Assembly: GCA_965218295.1 (NCBI GenBank)
Contig: CBDCKN010000015.1
Location: 352,001-416,000, forward strand
Direction of reading: 5' to 3'
Origin: Longimicrobiales bacterium
GTDB taxonomy: Bacteria; Gemmatimonadota; Gemmatimonadetes; Longimicrobiales; Gaopeijiaceae
Length of the DNA stretch: 64,000 nt
Below the pieces are notes generated by a model that saw nothing but the letters and a program-made list of their open reading frames with translations, was not told the DNA's origin and ran no database searches. How positions within the stretch are numbered: the first letter of the stretch is position 1; each line of letters starts with the position of its first letter. The translations under genes and the position numbers were made by a program. Below, one piece after another: positions 30,109-38,665 of the stretch.

Positions 30109-32985
30109 ATGGACGTCCCTCCAAAGGAGGCCCCACGCCTTTTCCTGATTGACGCCTACGCGCTGATCTACAGGGCATTCTTCGCCTTCATCAACCGTCC
30201 CCTCACCAACTCCAAGGGGGAGAACACGTCGGCTCCCTTCGGGTTCGCGAATTTCCTCATCGAGATCCGCGACAAGTACCAGCCCGACTACTTGGCGGTG
30301 GTCTTCGATGCCGGCAACAGCCACCGGGAGAAGGTCTATCCGGCATACAAGGCCACCCGAGAGAAGATGCCCAATGAGCTCCGGGCGAGCCTGCCCCGGG
30401 TCCGGGAGCTGGTGGCGGGCTTCAACGACGCCCTCGTCGAGCTCGATGGATACGAGGCCGACGACGTCATCGGGACGCTGGCCGTGAAGGCCCGGGGCGC
30501 GGGGCTCGAGACGGTGATCGTGTCTGGTGACAAGGACCTGTACCAGCTAGTGGGGCCCGGGATTCATCTGCTGAACCCCGGACGGGGGGGACCCACCGGC
30601 GTGGCGGCCGAGTGGGTGGATGAGAGGAACGCCCACGAGAAGTTCGGCATCCCCTCCTCCCAGGTCGTCGACTACCTGGCCCTGATCGGCGACTCCTCCG
30701 ACAACATCCCCGGCGCGAGGGGCGTGGGTCCCAAGACGGCGCTCAAGCTCCTGGAGGAGTACGGCAGCGTGGACGCTATCCTCGAGCATGCAGAGGAGAT
30801 CTCGGGCAAGCGAGCTTGTGAGTCGCTCACCGAGAATGCCGACGAGGTTCGCCTCTCCAAGGAGCTCGTGACGATCATGACCGACCTCGACGTCGAGCTC
30901 GATCTCGAGGCGCTGAAGGTCCGCGAGCCGGACAAGGAGAGGCTGCACCGCTTCTTCGTGGAGATGGAGTTCCGCCGTCTCATGGAGCGCTTCGCTCCTC
31001 GTAGCACCCCGGCCGCGGCGCCTGGCTCCACCCCAGTCCCTCCACCGGGGGATGTTTCGGAGGTAACGTCCGCCGAGGGGCCCGAGGAATCCGCTCCGGA
31101 GCGGGCGGTCGGGTTGATACCCGGAGCTCCCACCGAGCCTGCATCGGTCAGCTACACGGTGGTCACCGAACCGGACGATCTGGCTGCTCTGGTGGATCGA
31201 GCCCGGGTCGAGGGTCGTTTAGGCCTGGCGGTTCACACCACCTTCCCCGACCATCATCGTGCCAGCCTGGTGAGCCTCGCCCTGGCCGTCGAGCCTGGAG
31301 AGGCGTTCTACCTTTCCTTCGGCCACGTCCCCCCCGGGGAGCCGACGCTGGCCTTCGAGTCAGCCGGGATCGCCAACCTCGCGGAGCTCGACACCGTCGA
31401 GCTCCGCCCGCTCGTGGAGCTCCTGGAGGATCCAACAGTCGAAAAGGTGGGAGCGGACCTCAAGGCCACGGCCGTGGTCCTGGATCGGGTGGGCGTGGTC
31501 CTGGCGGGGATCGGCTTCGACGTGACGATCGCTTCCTACGTTCTGGACCCGGGCCGGCGGACCCAGGATCTGGAGGCTCTCTGCCAGGATTTCCTCGGCT
31601 TCTCCCTGCCGCCCTACAACGACGTGGTAGGGACCGGCAAGAAGCGGGTCAGCTTCGCCGAAGTGGACCAGGAGGTCGCCGGGGACTACGCCGGCCAGCA
31701 GATCGACGCCGCGCTCCGCTTGGCCGAGCGTCTCGCTGTCGATCTGGAGGATCAGGGCCTGGGTGGACTGTTCCACGAGCTGGAGATGCCGCTCGTTCCG
31801 GTGCTGACCGGGATGGAGCGCGAGGGGATCCGTATCGACACAGGCTTCTTTCAGGACATGAGCGAGCGGCTCGACAGGGATCTGACCCTCATACGGGAGG
31901 AAATCTACAAGGTGGCGGGAGAGGAGTTCAACCTGAACTCGACGCCCCAGCTACGCGAGGTTCTCTTCGAGAAGCAGGGTCTCCCAGTGATCAAGCGGAC
32001 CAAGACCGGACCCTCTACCGATTCATCGGTTCTGGAGGAGCTCGCCACGCAGGGACACGAGATCCCGCGGCTGATGATGGAGTACCGTGAGCTCGAGAAG
32101 CTCCGGTCGACCTACGTAGACGCGCTGCCCCAGCTCGTGATTCCACGAACGGGACGGATCCACACCCGCTTCAATCAGACGGTGGCGGCCACCGGACGCC
32201 TCTCCTCCAGCGATCCGAATCTGCAGAACATTCCGATCCGCACCGAGCTGGGACGGGAGATCAGAAAAGGCTTCATCCCGGCCGAGGGGTACCTCTTCTA
32301 CGGCGCCGACTACTCCCAAGTCGAACTGCGTATCCTCGCCCACTTTTCCGGGGACGAGCCCCTGGTCCAAGCCTTCCGGGAGGGAGTGGACGTCCACAAG
32401 CAGACCGCGTCGGTCATCTTCGAGGTGCCCCTCGAGCAGGTGACGTCCGAGCAGCGGGGACAGGCCAAGACCATCAACTTCGCCACGCTGTACGGCCAGG
32501 GTGCCTTCTCGCTCGCCCGACAGCTGGGGATCGGCCGCGACGAGGCCAAGGCGTTCATCGACCAGTACTTCGAGCGCTTCAGCGGGGTGCGGGCCTACCT
32601 GGACGAGCAGATCGCTACGGCCAGGGAGAAGGGCTTCGTGGAGACCCTCATGGGGAGGCGCCGCTACATCCCCGAGCTCAGAGCCAAGAACTGGAACGTG
32701 CGGCAGTTCGGCGAGCGGGTCGCCCAGAACACTCCCATCCAGGGCACGGCGGCAGACATGATCAAGAAGGCCATGATCGATGTGGCCCAGGCGTTGGCCG
32801 AGGCGAATACGGGAGCTCGCATGCTGCTCCAAGTCCACGACGAGCTGCTCTTCGAAGTCCCGGAGGGTGAGGAAGACGCGTTGGCAGAGCTGGTCGTCTC
32901 CCGTATGGAGGGCGCCGTGGAGCTTAGCGTCCCGTTGGTGGCCGAGGGTGGAGTGGGGAAGTCCTGGTACGACACCAAGGGGTAG
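30109..32985 (+). CDS. polA: DNA polymerase I
   Basis: 5'-3' exonuclease (LIDAYALIYRAF, YEADDVIGT, GDSSDNIPG); polymerase motifs DYSQVELRILAH, KTINF..LYG, LQVHDEL. Confidence 0.97.
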   Translation: MDVPPKEAPRLFLIDAYALIYRAFFAFINRPLTNSKGENTSAPFGFANFLIEIRDKYQPDYLAVVFDAGNSHREKVYPAYKATREKMPNELRASLPRVRELVAGFNDALVELDGYEADDVIGTLAVKARGAGLETVIVSGDKDLYQLVGPGIHLLNPGRGGPTGVAAEWVDERNAHEKFGIPSSQVVDYLALIGDSSDNIPGARGVGPKTALKLLEEYGSVDAILEHAEEISGKRACESLTENADEVRLSKELVTIMTDLDVELDLEALKVREPDKERLHRFFVEMEFRRLMERFAPRSTPAAAPGSTPVPPPGDVSEVTSAEGPEESAPERAVGLIPGAPTEPASVSYTVVTEPDDLAALVDRARVEGRLGLAVHTTFPDHHRASLVSLALAVEPGEAFYLSFGHVPPGEPTLAFESAGIANLAELDTVELRPLVELLEDPTVEKVGADLKATAVVLDRVGVVLAGIGFDVTIASYVLDPGRRTQDLEALCQDFLGFSLPPYNDVVGTGKKRVSFAEVDQEVAGDYAGQQIDAALRLAERLAVDLEDQGLGGLFHELEMPLVPVLTGMEREGIRIDTGFFQDMSERLDRDLTLIREEIYKVAGEEFNLNSTPQLREVLFEKQGLPVIKRTKTGPSTDSSVLEELATQGHEIPRLMMEYRELEKLRSTYVDALPQLVIPRTGRIHTRFNQTVAATGRLSSSDPNLQNIPIRTELGREIRKGFIPAEGYLFYGADYSQVELRILAHFSGDEPLVQAFREGVDVHKQTASVIFEVPLEQVTSEQRGQAKTINFATLYGQGAFSLARQLGIGRDEAKAFIDQYFERFSGVRAYLDEQIATAREKGFVETLMGRRRYIPELRAKNWNVRQFGERVAQNTPIQGTAADMIKKAMIDVAQALAEANTGARMLLQVHDELLFEVPEGEEDALAELVVSRMEGAVELSVPLVAEGGVGKSWYDTKG

Positions 32986-33131
32986 ACATCGAGCGAGCCT
33001 CGGTCCCGTACAGCCATCCCAACGCCCCGCTCAGCCGAGCACTTTACTGCTCCACTCCGGGCCAGCTGACGCGGACGGGAGATCACTCGTCCTCTCCTCG
33101 GCGGCCGGAAATCACACGCGGGAGGAGCATA

Positions 33132-33506
33132 ATGGGCCGCACCATCAACAAGATCATCCTCGTGGGCAACGTCGGTGCCGATCCGGACGTCCGTGAGACG
33201 AAAAACGGGACCAAGGTCGTCCATATGTCCATGGCGACGAATCGTCCCCCCTACGGGGACGATCCCCAGGAAAGGACGGACTGGCACCGCCTCACCCTCT
33301 GGGCCCGCCTGGCGCAGTTCACCGAGGACTACGTCAAGAAGGGCGACCGGATCTACGTGGAGGGCCGCCTCGAGTACGACACCTACGAGCGAGACGGGGT
33401 GAGCATCCCCACTGCCGACGTGAACGTCCGGGAGCTGGTGCTGCTCTCGTCGTCGAATGAGGCGGTGGACGTGGAGGAGGCGGAGGCCGCGGGGGCCGCG
33501 GCCTAG
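33132..33506 (+). CDS. ssb: Single-stranded DNA-binding protein, short form
   Basis: INKIILVGNVGADP, TDWHRL, KKGDRIYVEGRL; GGAGGAG SD. Confidence 0.9.
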   Translation: MGRTINKIILVGNVGADPDVRETKNGTKVVHMSMATNRPPYGDDPQERTDWHRLTLWARLAQFTEDYVKKGDRIYVEGRLEYDTYERDGVSIPTADVNVRELVLLSSSNEAVDVEEAEAAGAAA

Positions 33507-33525
33507 GGCGGTATTGGCTGGTGGA

Positions 33526-35598
33526 CTAGAGCCACTCCCAGAAGCGACGCTGCACCGAGAGGACGAGCTCCCAGTCCCCGTCCGCGTTGAGGCCCCGCGC
33601 CACGTCGAGGAGCAGGAGATCCCACCCGAGCCCGATGCCCACTCCTGCGGAGCTTCTGAGCCCGTCGGTGCTTCGGCCTGGCCATCCGTCGGGCAACTCG
33701 TTGCGGCTGAAGCCCGTCTTGCCGGTGGCCACGAAGGCCCGTATGGACAGCCAGGGTGTGAGCAGGGGCTGGCTGCCCTCGACCCTCATGAGCGCCATCC
33801 GATCGCCGATGAAGGATCGGTACGGATATCCGGGCAGGGTGTGTCTGCCACCCAGGAGATAGAGCGACTGAGCCGGGATCTCGTTTGAGGAGAGGCCAAG
33901 CTGGAGGCGGCCCTCCACCGTCGTGCCCGACGAGTGCAGCTGGCGCTGAAGGCCAGACTCCCACCACAGCGAGCCGTAGCTCCGGTCATCGAAGGCGCCG
34001 ATCCGCGCTGTGGCCGAAGTCGTGAAGCCACGCATGCCGATCCGCCTCGAGTAGGATAATTCGAGGGCCCAACCGTCTCCCTCATCGACCGGGAGCACGG
34101 GGCGATGCGTGCCCGCTCCAGCTGCCGCGTCCTCGACCACGTTCTCCCCGGAGCGATGGCGCTCCCACACTCCTGCCAAGCGCAGGGTGCCTGTGCTGCC
34201 CACCGCCCAACTGTATCTCAGCTCCGCGCTCGACGAGAAGTAAGGATCCGTGTAATCCTCTCCCGCCAGCAGTCCCCCCAGGGTGTTAATCGCTGTGCTG
34301 GAGCCGCGTAGTCGCCCGCTGGCGTCGTTCAACTCGTTCCATCGGAGACGGAGTCCAAGTCCCTGATTGGCGGGTGTTCGGCCGAGGGTCACCGAGAGAT
34401 GGCTCTTGTCACGCCCGAATGAGTACCCGCCGTGGGACTGCAGTCTCCAGGTGGGCCCGAGAATGAAGGCCGCACCTGCCCCAGCGAAGGAGCCCTCCGC
34501 CCTGTTGTACCTGTAGACCGAGGAGACGAAAGGAACGTAGAGACGGGAAGGCTTCAGCCCACTCAGGTATCGGCGACCCACCACCGTCATGGCCTGTCGC
34601 CGGATGGCCTCGATCTCCGGCGAGGTCTCGAGGCCCTCTTCCTCCAGCTGATCGTAGAGCCCCGTTTCGAACGGGAAGTTCTCCCTGGCGGCCTGGGGAA
34701 CCGACGAGATCGGCCCACCGAAGAAGAGGTACTCCGGCAGCTGTGGGTTGAACTGGTAGTTCCGTATCTCGAAACGGCCTCGAATGACGCTGCCGGCCAG
34801 GAAGTCGATGATCGGAAGTTCCCTCCTCAACTCCACTTCCTGGCGGTACGGAAGCCAGTACTTCCCCTCCCAGACTGAGTTGTCCATGGAGATGCGGATG
34901 TAGTCCAGGTTGCCGTCGACGTAAGAAGCCGGCGTGAACGTAAAGTTCATCCGGACGATAGCCCCCGACCCTCGCTCCAGGAACACGCTGCCAATCACCC
35001 CTGGAGAGCCTGGGTCCTTGGGCCGGACTTCGACCTCGTACACGCGGATGTCCCGAGTCGGGCCCGGAAGCGAAAGGGTGAGGGAGTCGGTGAGACGGAA
35101 GTCGTAGATCTCCTCGGCCCCGGGTGCGACGGGGTGTATGACGGCCGCCACCTCGTCTCCGTCCCCCAAACGGATGAGGTCTCCGAAGTCATCCTGCACC
35201 ACGGTGAGGTGATCGAGGTGGTACTTGATGTTCGTCGGGAGCTGTTTCTCGTCCCGGAGCCCGACTACCCGCTGTTTCGTCTGCGCCGGGGCTCGCCAGT
35301 AGACCTTCAACGCGATCTGGTCGGTCCTCACCAAGGTGCGCTCGTCGCTGTCGGGGCGGTCCAGAAAGAAGTAGACATAGCCCCTGGCGTCGGCCTCGTA
35401 TGCTTGAAAGGCCGAGTCCACGGCCACGGCCTGGCGGAGATCCCTCGCCTCTCCTACCAGCCTCGTCGCTCTAGGTCCGTTCCATACGCCGTCGGACTGC
35501 GCTTCCACCCCGGGCGCGAGACAAACGAGCAGCGGGAAGATGGCGAAGGTGAGACCCTGCATCCGGGTGGGAAGTGACAGACGGGGCTTCTCGGTCAT
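33526..35598 (-). CDS. Uncharacterised exported/outer-membrane protein (probable C-terminal beta-barrel)
   Basis: Signal peptide ending VEA-Q; YRYNRAEG; C-terminal amphipathic strands (LGGRHTLPGY, SAGVGIGLGWDLLLLDVARG). Confidence 0.7.
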   Translation of the reverse strand: MTEKPRLSLPTRMQGLTFAIFPLLVCLAPGVEAQSDGVWNGPRATRLVGEARDLRQAVAVDSAFQAYEADARGYVYFFLDRPDSDERTLVRTDQIALKVYWRAPAQTKQRVVGLRDEKQLPTNIKYHLDHLTVVQDDFGDLIRLGDGDEVAAVIHPVAPGAEEIYDFRLTDSLTLSLPGPTRDIRVYEVEVRPKDPGSPGVIGSVFLERGSGAIVRMNFTFTPASYVDGNLDYIRISMDNSVWEGKYWLPYRQEVELRRELPIIDFLAGSVIRGRFEIRNYQFNPQLPEYLFFGGPISSVPQAARENFPFETGLYDQLEEEGLETSPEIEAIRRQAMTVVGRRYLSGLKPSRLYVPFVSSVYRYNRAEGSFAGAGAAFILGPTWRLQSHGGYSFGRDKSHLSVTLGRTPANQGLGLRLRWNELNDASGRLRGSSTAINTLGGLLAGEDYTDPYFSSSAELRYSWAVGSTGTLRLAGVWERHRSGENVVEDAAAGAGTHRPVLPVDEGDGWALELSYSRRIGMRGFTTSATARIGAFDDRSYGSLWWESGLQRQLHSSGTTVEGRLQLGLSSNEIPAQSLYLLGGRHTLPGYPYRSFIGDRMALMRVEGSQPLLTPWLSIRAFVATGKTGFSRNELPDGWPGRSTDGLRSSAGVGIGLGWDLLLLDVARGLNADGDWELVLSVQRRFWEWL

Positions 35599-35646
35599 GC
35601 AGATCGTACGCGTACCGCAGGGCGCCGGTTCCCCCGTCGCCGGCAC

Positions 35647-35681
35647 AAAAAAGGGCCCCGTCCGATCGCGGACAGGGCCCT
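35647..35681 (-). terminator. Rho-independent terminator after the sigma gene
   Basis: Minus strand AGGGCCCTGTCCG-CGAT-CGGACGGGGCCCT then TTTTT. Confidence 0.85.
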
Positions 35682-35704
35682 GATTGCCAAGGTGGCTTCG
35701 GGCG

Positions 35705-36565
35705 TCAGTTCGCGCTCCAGAATCCCGAGAGAGAGTCACCATGGGGGCTCTCGCGGAGCTTCTCGAACGCCCGGTTCCGGATCTGCCGGATCCGTTCGCG
35801 CGTTACGCCGAGGAGTGAGCCGATCTCCTCCAGCGTCCGCTCCTCACCGTCGTCGAGGCCATAGTAGAGGTACAGGATCTTCCGCTCGCGCTCGGTGAGG
35901 TAGCTGTCGAACATCGTCTCGAGGAAGTCCCGACGGGCGATCGCCTCCACATCCTCCTCGATGTCGGTGGCCTCGGCTCCGGCGAACCTCTCACCGAAGC
36001 TGGCGCTGTTGCCGTCGCTCCGATCGATGGGAGCGTCGAGACTGAGCTCACTCGCCGCCACTCGCCGGAGAGCACGGATCGTCTCGATGGGCTCCTCCAT
36101 CTCACGCGAGATCTCCTGGATCGTCGGTGAGCGGCCGAGCTGTTGCGTGAGAGCCGTGTCGATCCGGGCCAGCTTGGCCAGGTTCGAGTTCTGGTTGAGG
36201 GGGATGCGAACCGAGCGTGTCTGCTCTGCCAGGGCCTGGAGAACGGTCTGGCGAATCCACCAAACGGCGTACGAGATGAACTTCACGCCCTTGTCCGGAT
36301 CGAACTTCTTCACCGCTTTGAGCAGCCCCTCGTTGCCGATGCATACGAGCTCGGCGAGGCCTAGGCCACGACCCTGGTACTTCTTCACGTAGGAGATGAC
36401 GAACCGCAGGTTGGCGGTGACCAGGCGCTCAGCCGCCTCCTTGTCGCCGGTGCGGGCGCGGCGTGCCAGGGCCCGCTCTTCCGCGGGGTCCTGGATCAGT
36501 GGGTATTTCTCGACGTCTTGCAGATACTGGTCGAACGAATCCAGGCCTCGGGAAGTCGAAAACAT
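35705..36565 (-). CDS. RNA polymerase sigma-70 factor, RpoD/RpoS-like without region 1.1
   Basis: ANLRFVIS, KFISYAVWWIRQ, RSVRIPLN, SLDAPI, TLEEIG..LGVTRERIRQI. Confidence 0.93.
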   Translation of the reverse strand: MFSTSRGLDSFDQYLQDVEKYPLIQDPAEERALARRARTGDKEAAERLVTANLRFVISYVKKYQGRGLGLAELVCIGNEGLLKAVKKFDPDKGVKFISYAVWWIRQTVLQALAEQTRSVRIPLNQNSNLAKLARIDTALTQQLGRSPTIQEISREMEEPIETIRALRRVAASELSLDAPIDRSDGNSASFGERFAGAEATDIEEDVEAIARRDFLETMFDSYLTERERKILYLYYGLDDGEERTLEEIGSLLGVTRERIRQIRNRAFEKLRESPHGDSLSGFWSAN

Positions 36566-36610
36566 TCGTTCCGGGCGCCTCGTTTCGGAGGTTGAGAGGG
36601 ATCGTGAGCT

Positions 36611-36627
36611 ATGCAAACAACGTGCCG
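36611..36627 (-). promoter_or_regulatory. Sigma54 (-24/-12) promoter candidate
   Basis: Minus strand CGGCACGTTGTTTGCAT, with GG-N10-GC spacing, ~46 nt upstream of the ATG at 36565. Confidence 0.6.
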
Positions 36628-36699
36628 TCCTCGGCGCGAAACGACCTGCTAAACGAGTCGAGGAGAACAGCTTAACTCGCGTCGCGGCGAAGGGTGTGA

Positions 36700-36728
36700 A
36701 ACTTATAAAAGTGTGTTTCTGGAGTCAA
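36700..36728 (-). promoter_or_regulatory. Sigma70-type promoter upstream of the same sigma gene
   Basis: TTGACT-17 nt-TAAGTT in an AT-rich tract. Confidence 0.5.
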
Positions 36729-36836
36729 AGGTTTTCTTCATAAGCCGGGATCCGAGCCACGAATGGTGTCTCTTGGCGTCATTATGGCAGGTCGAGGTTG
36801 CTAGACACCGGGCGGTGACGCCGCTCATCCGGAGGC

Positions 36837-38615
36837 CTACCGGCGGCTTCGGCGCAACTGTGGATCCGCGAATCCCTGCAGCAATCCGAGCAACTCGGTG
36901 GCCGTGATCCTGAACACGGGCTTCTTGAAAGCGTCGGGGCCGTTCACCGGAAACGCCAGGTCGATCCGGATCACTCTCCGGGTACCTCCGGGGAAGCCGA
37001 GGCGTAGGCCGGCGCCGGCGCTGGCACCGAAGCCGGAGTCGCCGCCGAACGGGGTGTCGCCCCGCCAGACCGAGCCCACGTCCAGGAACGCGGTGAGCCC
37101 CAGGTCGAAGAGACCACCTGCAGGCGATCCCAGATAGATCCGGTCCTCAAACGAGCCCATCAGTCGCCGCCCGCCCGGGGCGTGGTCGAGGCCGTGGCCC
37201 CTGAGGTTGAACGGCCCTCCCAGCGTGAGCTGGAAGGGAACCGTCATGGACCACCCCGCCGCCCCCGAGATCCGCGCGAAGAGCGTGTGGCGAGGTAGGG
37301 CCAACGGCTGCCAGTACGTGTAGACGTCGAATTCGCCAATGGCGTCCCGCCAGCCCTCCTGGGGGCCGTCGAAGATCCGACGGGCCTCGAAGCCCACGCT
37401 TCCGGCGAGGACCCAACGGCCCGGTGCCAGCCCTCCGAAGACACGGATGCGTCCGAAGAAGTCGTCGTCCTCCGTTTCCGAGTCGGGGCCGAGGAACCCG
37501 AAGCTACGACCCAGCGTCAGGGAGACCTCGCCGCCCACAGGTACGTCCTGGACACCGCGCAAAGCGTCGAGACCGGCCCGCCGCTCGAACCGCAGGTTCC
37601 GCTGTCCGAGTAAGAAGTTGAGCCGGGTCGCGGAGCGTCCTCGGGTCTGCGGTGCGACCGGCGCGGACAGCTCCGGAGGGGCTGGCTCGGTGTTAGCAAA
37701 GTCCCGATTCCGGACCGCCTCGGGACCCTCCTCGAATCGCCCGAAGTCGAGATCGTCTCGAGAGATCCCGAGGCCCAGGATCGTCAGACGTCCCGCCTCT
37801 CCCAGTCGTCCTGCCACCGTGAGCTCGGCACGCTTCCTCAAGAAGGGAGTCACGACGTGTGTGTACACTCCGCCTTCCGGAAGGGCGTATGCGAAGAGGT
37901 CCTCCCGACGGGTGTAGAACTGGGTGGCAGCGTACCGGCCCACCTCGCCGACGAACGGATAGACGAAGGCCTGTTGGAAGAAAGGACCGACACGGGTCTC
38001 TCCCGCTTGGAGCTGGGCGTCCCATCGGGTGCCCAGGAAGCGGGCTGTCTGGACCGCCCCTCCGATCGCGCGAGCTTCCCGGCGCTCCCGGTAGAAGGCG
38101 CGGGCCGCGACACCCTTCCCGAGGACGTTCTCCTCCGTAACGTCGAGTCCGTTGAACTCGAAACCTTCGTCAAAACGGGCACGGACCGTCACCTGGAGGG
38201 TCCACTCATCCTGCGTGTCCACTACGATGTGGACGGACCCGTCGGACTGGGGGACGGCGAATACGTCCACCCGAGCGATGAAGCCCAGTTGGCGGATGAT
38301 CCTCTCCGACTCCGCGACCAGAAACGGATCGTAGCAGTCGCCTACTTTGAAGAGGAGCTCCCCCTGGATGAACTCCTCATCTGTCTCCATATGGAGCCAG
38401 TTGGCGAAATTATAGAGCCACTCGAGGGACTTTCCGTTGGTGAGGCTTGTCGTGTCGAAGACCGGGTGGCTGTTTATGAAGATGAAGGAGATCTGGCCGT
38501 TCGGACACGCCTGTCCCACGAGCCTAGCCGGCCCCGAGGCGGTCAACGCGGCGAGGAGGATCAACGCTCGGGTGAGACTTCGGGCCCAACGCTCTCCAGC
38601 GGCGGCGATTGACAC
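36837..38615 (-). CDS. BamA/TamA (Omp85)-like outer-membrane protein with POTRA-like N-terminus
   Basis: ELLFKVGDCYDP...ESERIIRQLGFI..V.TQDEW (POTRA-like), EENVLGKG, LGGPFNLRG, FLDVGSVW, IRIDLAFP; start uncertain. Confidence 0.75.
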   Translation of the reverse strand: MSIAAAGERWARSLTRALILLAALTASGPARLVGQACPNGQISFIFINSHPVFDTTSLTNGKSLEWLYNFANWLHMETDEEFIQGELLFKVGDCYDPFLVAESERIIRQLGFIARVDVFAVPQSDGSVHIVVDTQDEWTLQVTVRARFDEGFEFNGLDVTEENVLGKGVAARAFYRERREARAIGGAVQTARFLGTRWDAQLQAGETRVGPFFQQAFVYPFVGEVGRYAATQFYTRREDLFAYALPEGGVYTHVVTPFLRKRAELTVAGRLGEAGRLTILGLGISRDDLDFGRFEEGPEAVRNRDFANTEPAPPELSAPVAPQTRGRSATRLNFLLGQRNLRFERRAGLDALRGVQDVPVGGEVSLTLGRSFGFLGPDSETEDDDFFGRIRVFGGLAPGRWVLAGSVGFEARRIFDGPQEGWRDAIGEFDVYTYWQPLALPRHTLFARISGAAGWSMTVPFQLTLGGPFNLRGHGLDHAPGGRRLMGSFEDRIYLGSPAGGLFDLGLTAFLDVGSVWRGDTPFGGDSGFGASAGAGLRLGFPGGTRRVIRIDLAFPVNGPDAFKKPVFRITATELLGLLQGFADPQLRRSRR

Positions 38616-38665
38616 TCGGTTTTGCTCAGCTAACCTAAACATTCCCCTCTGAATAAGGCTTCCGA

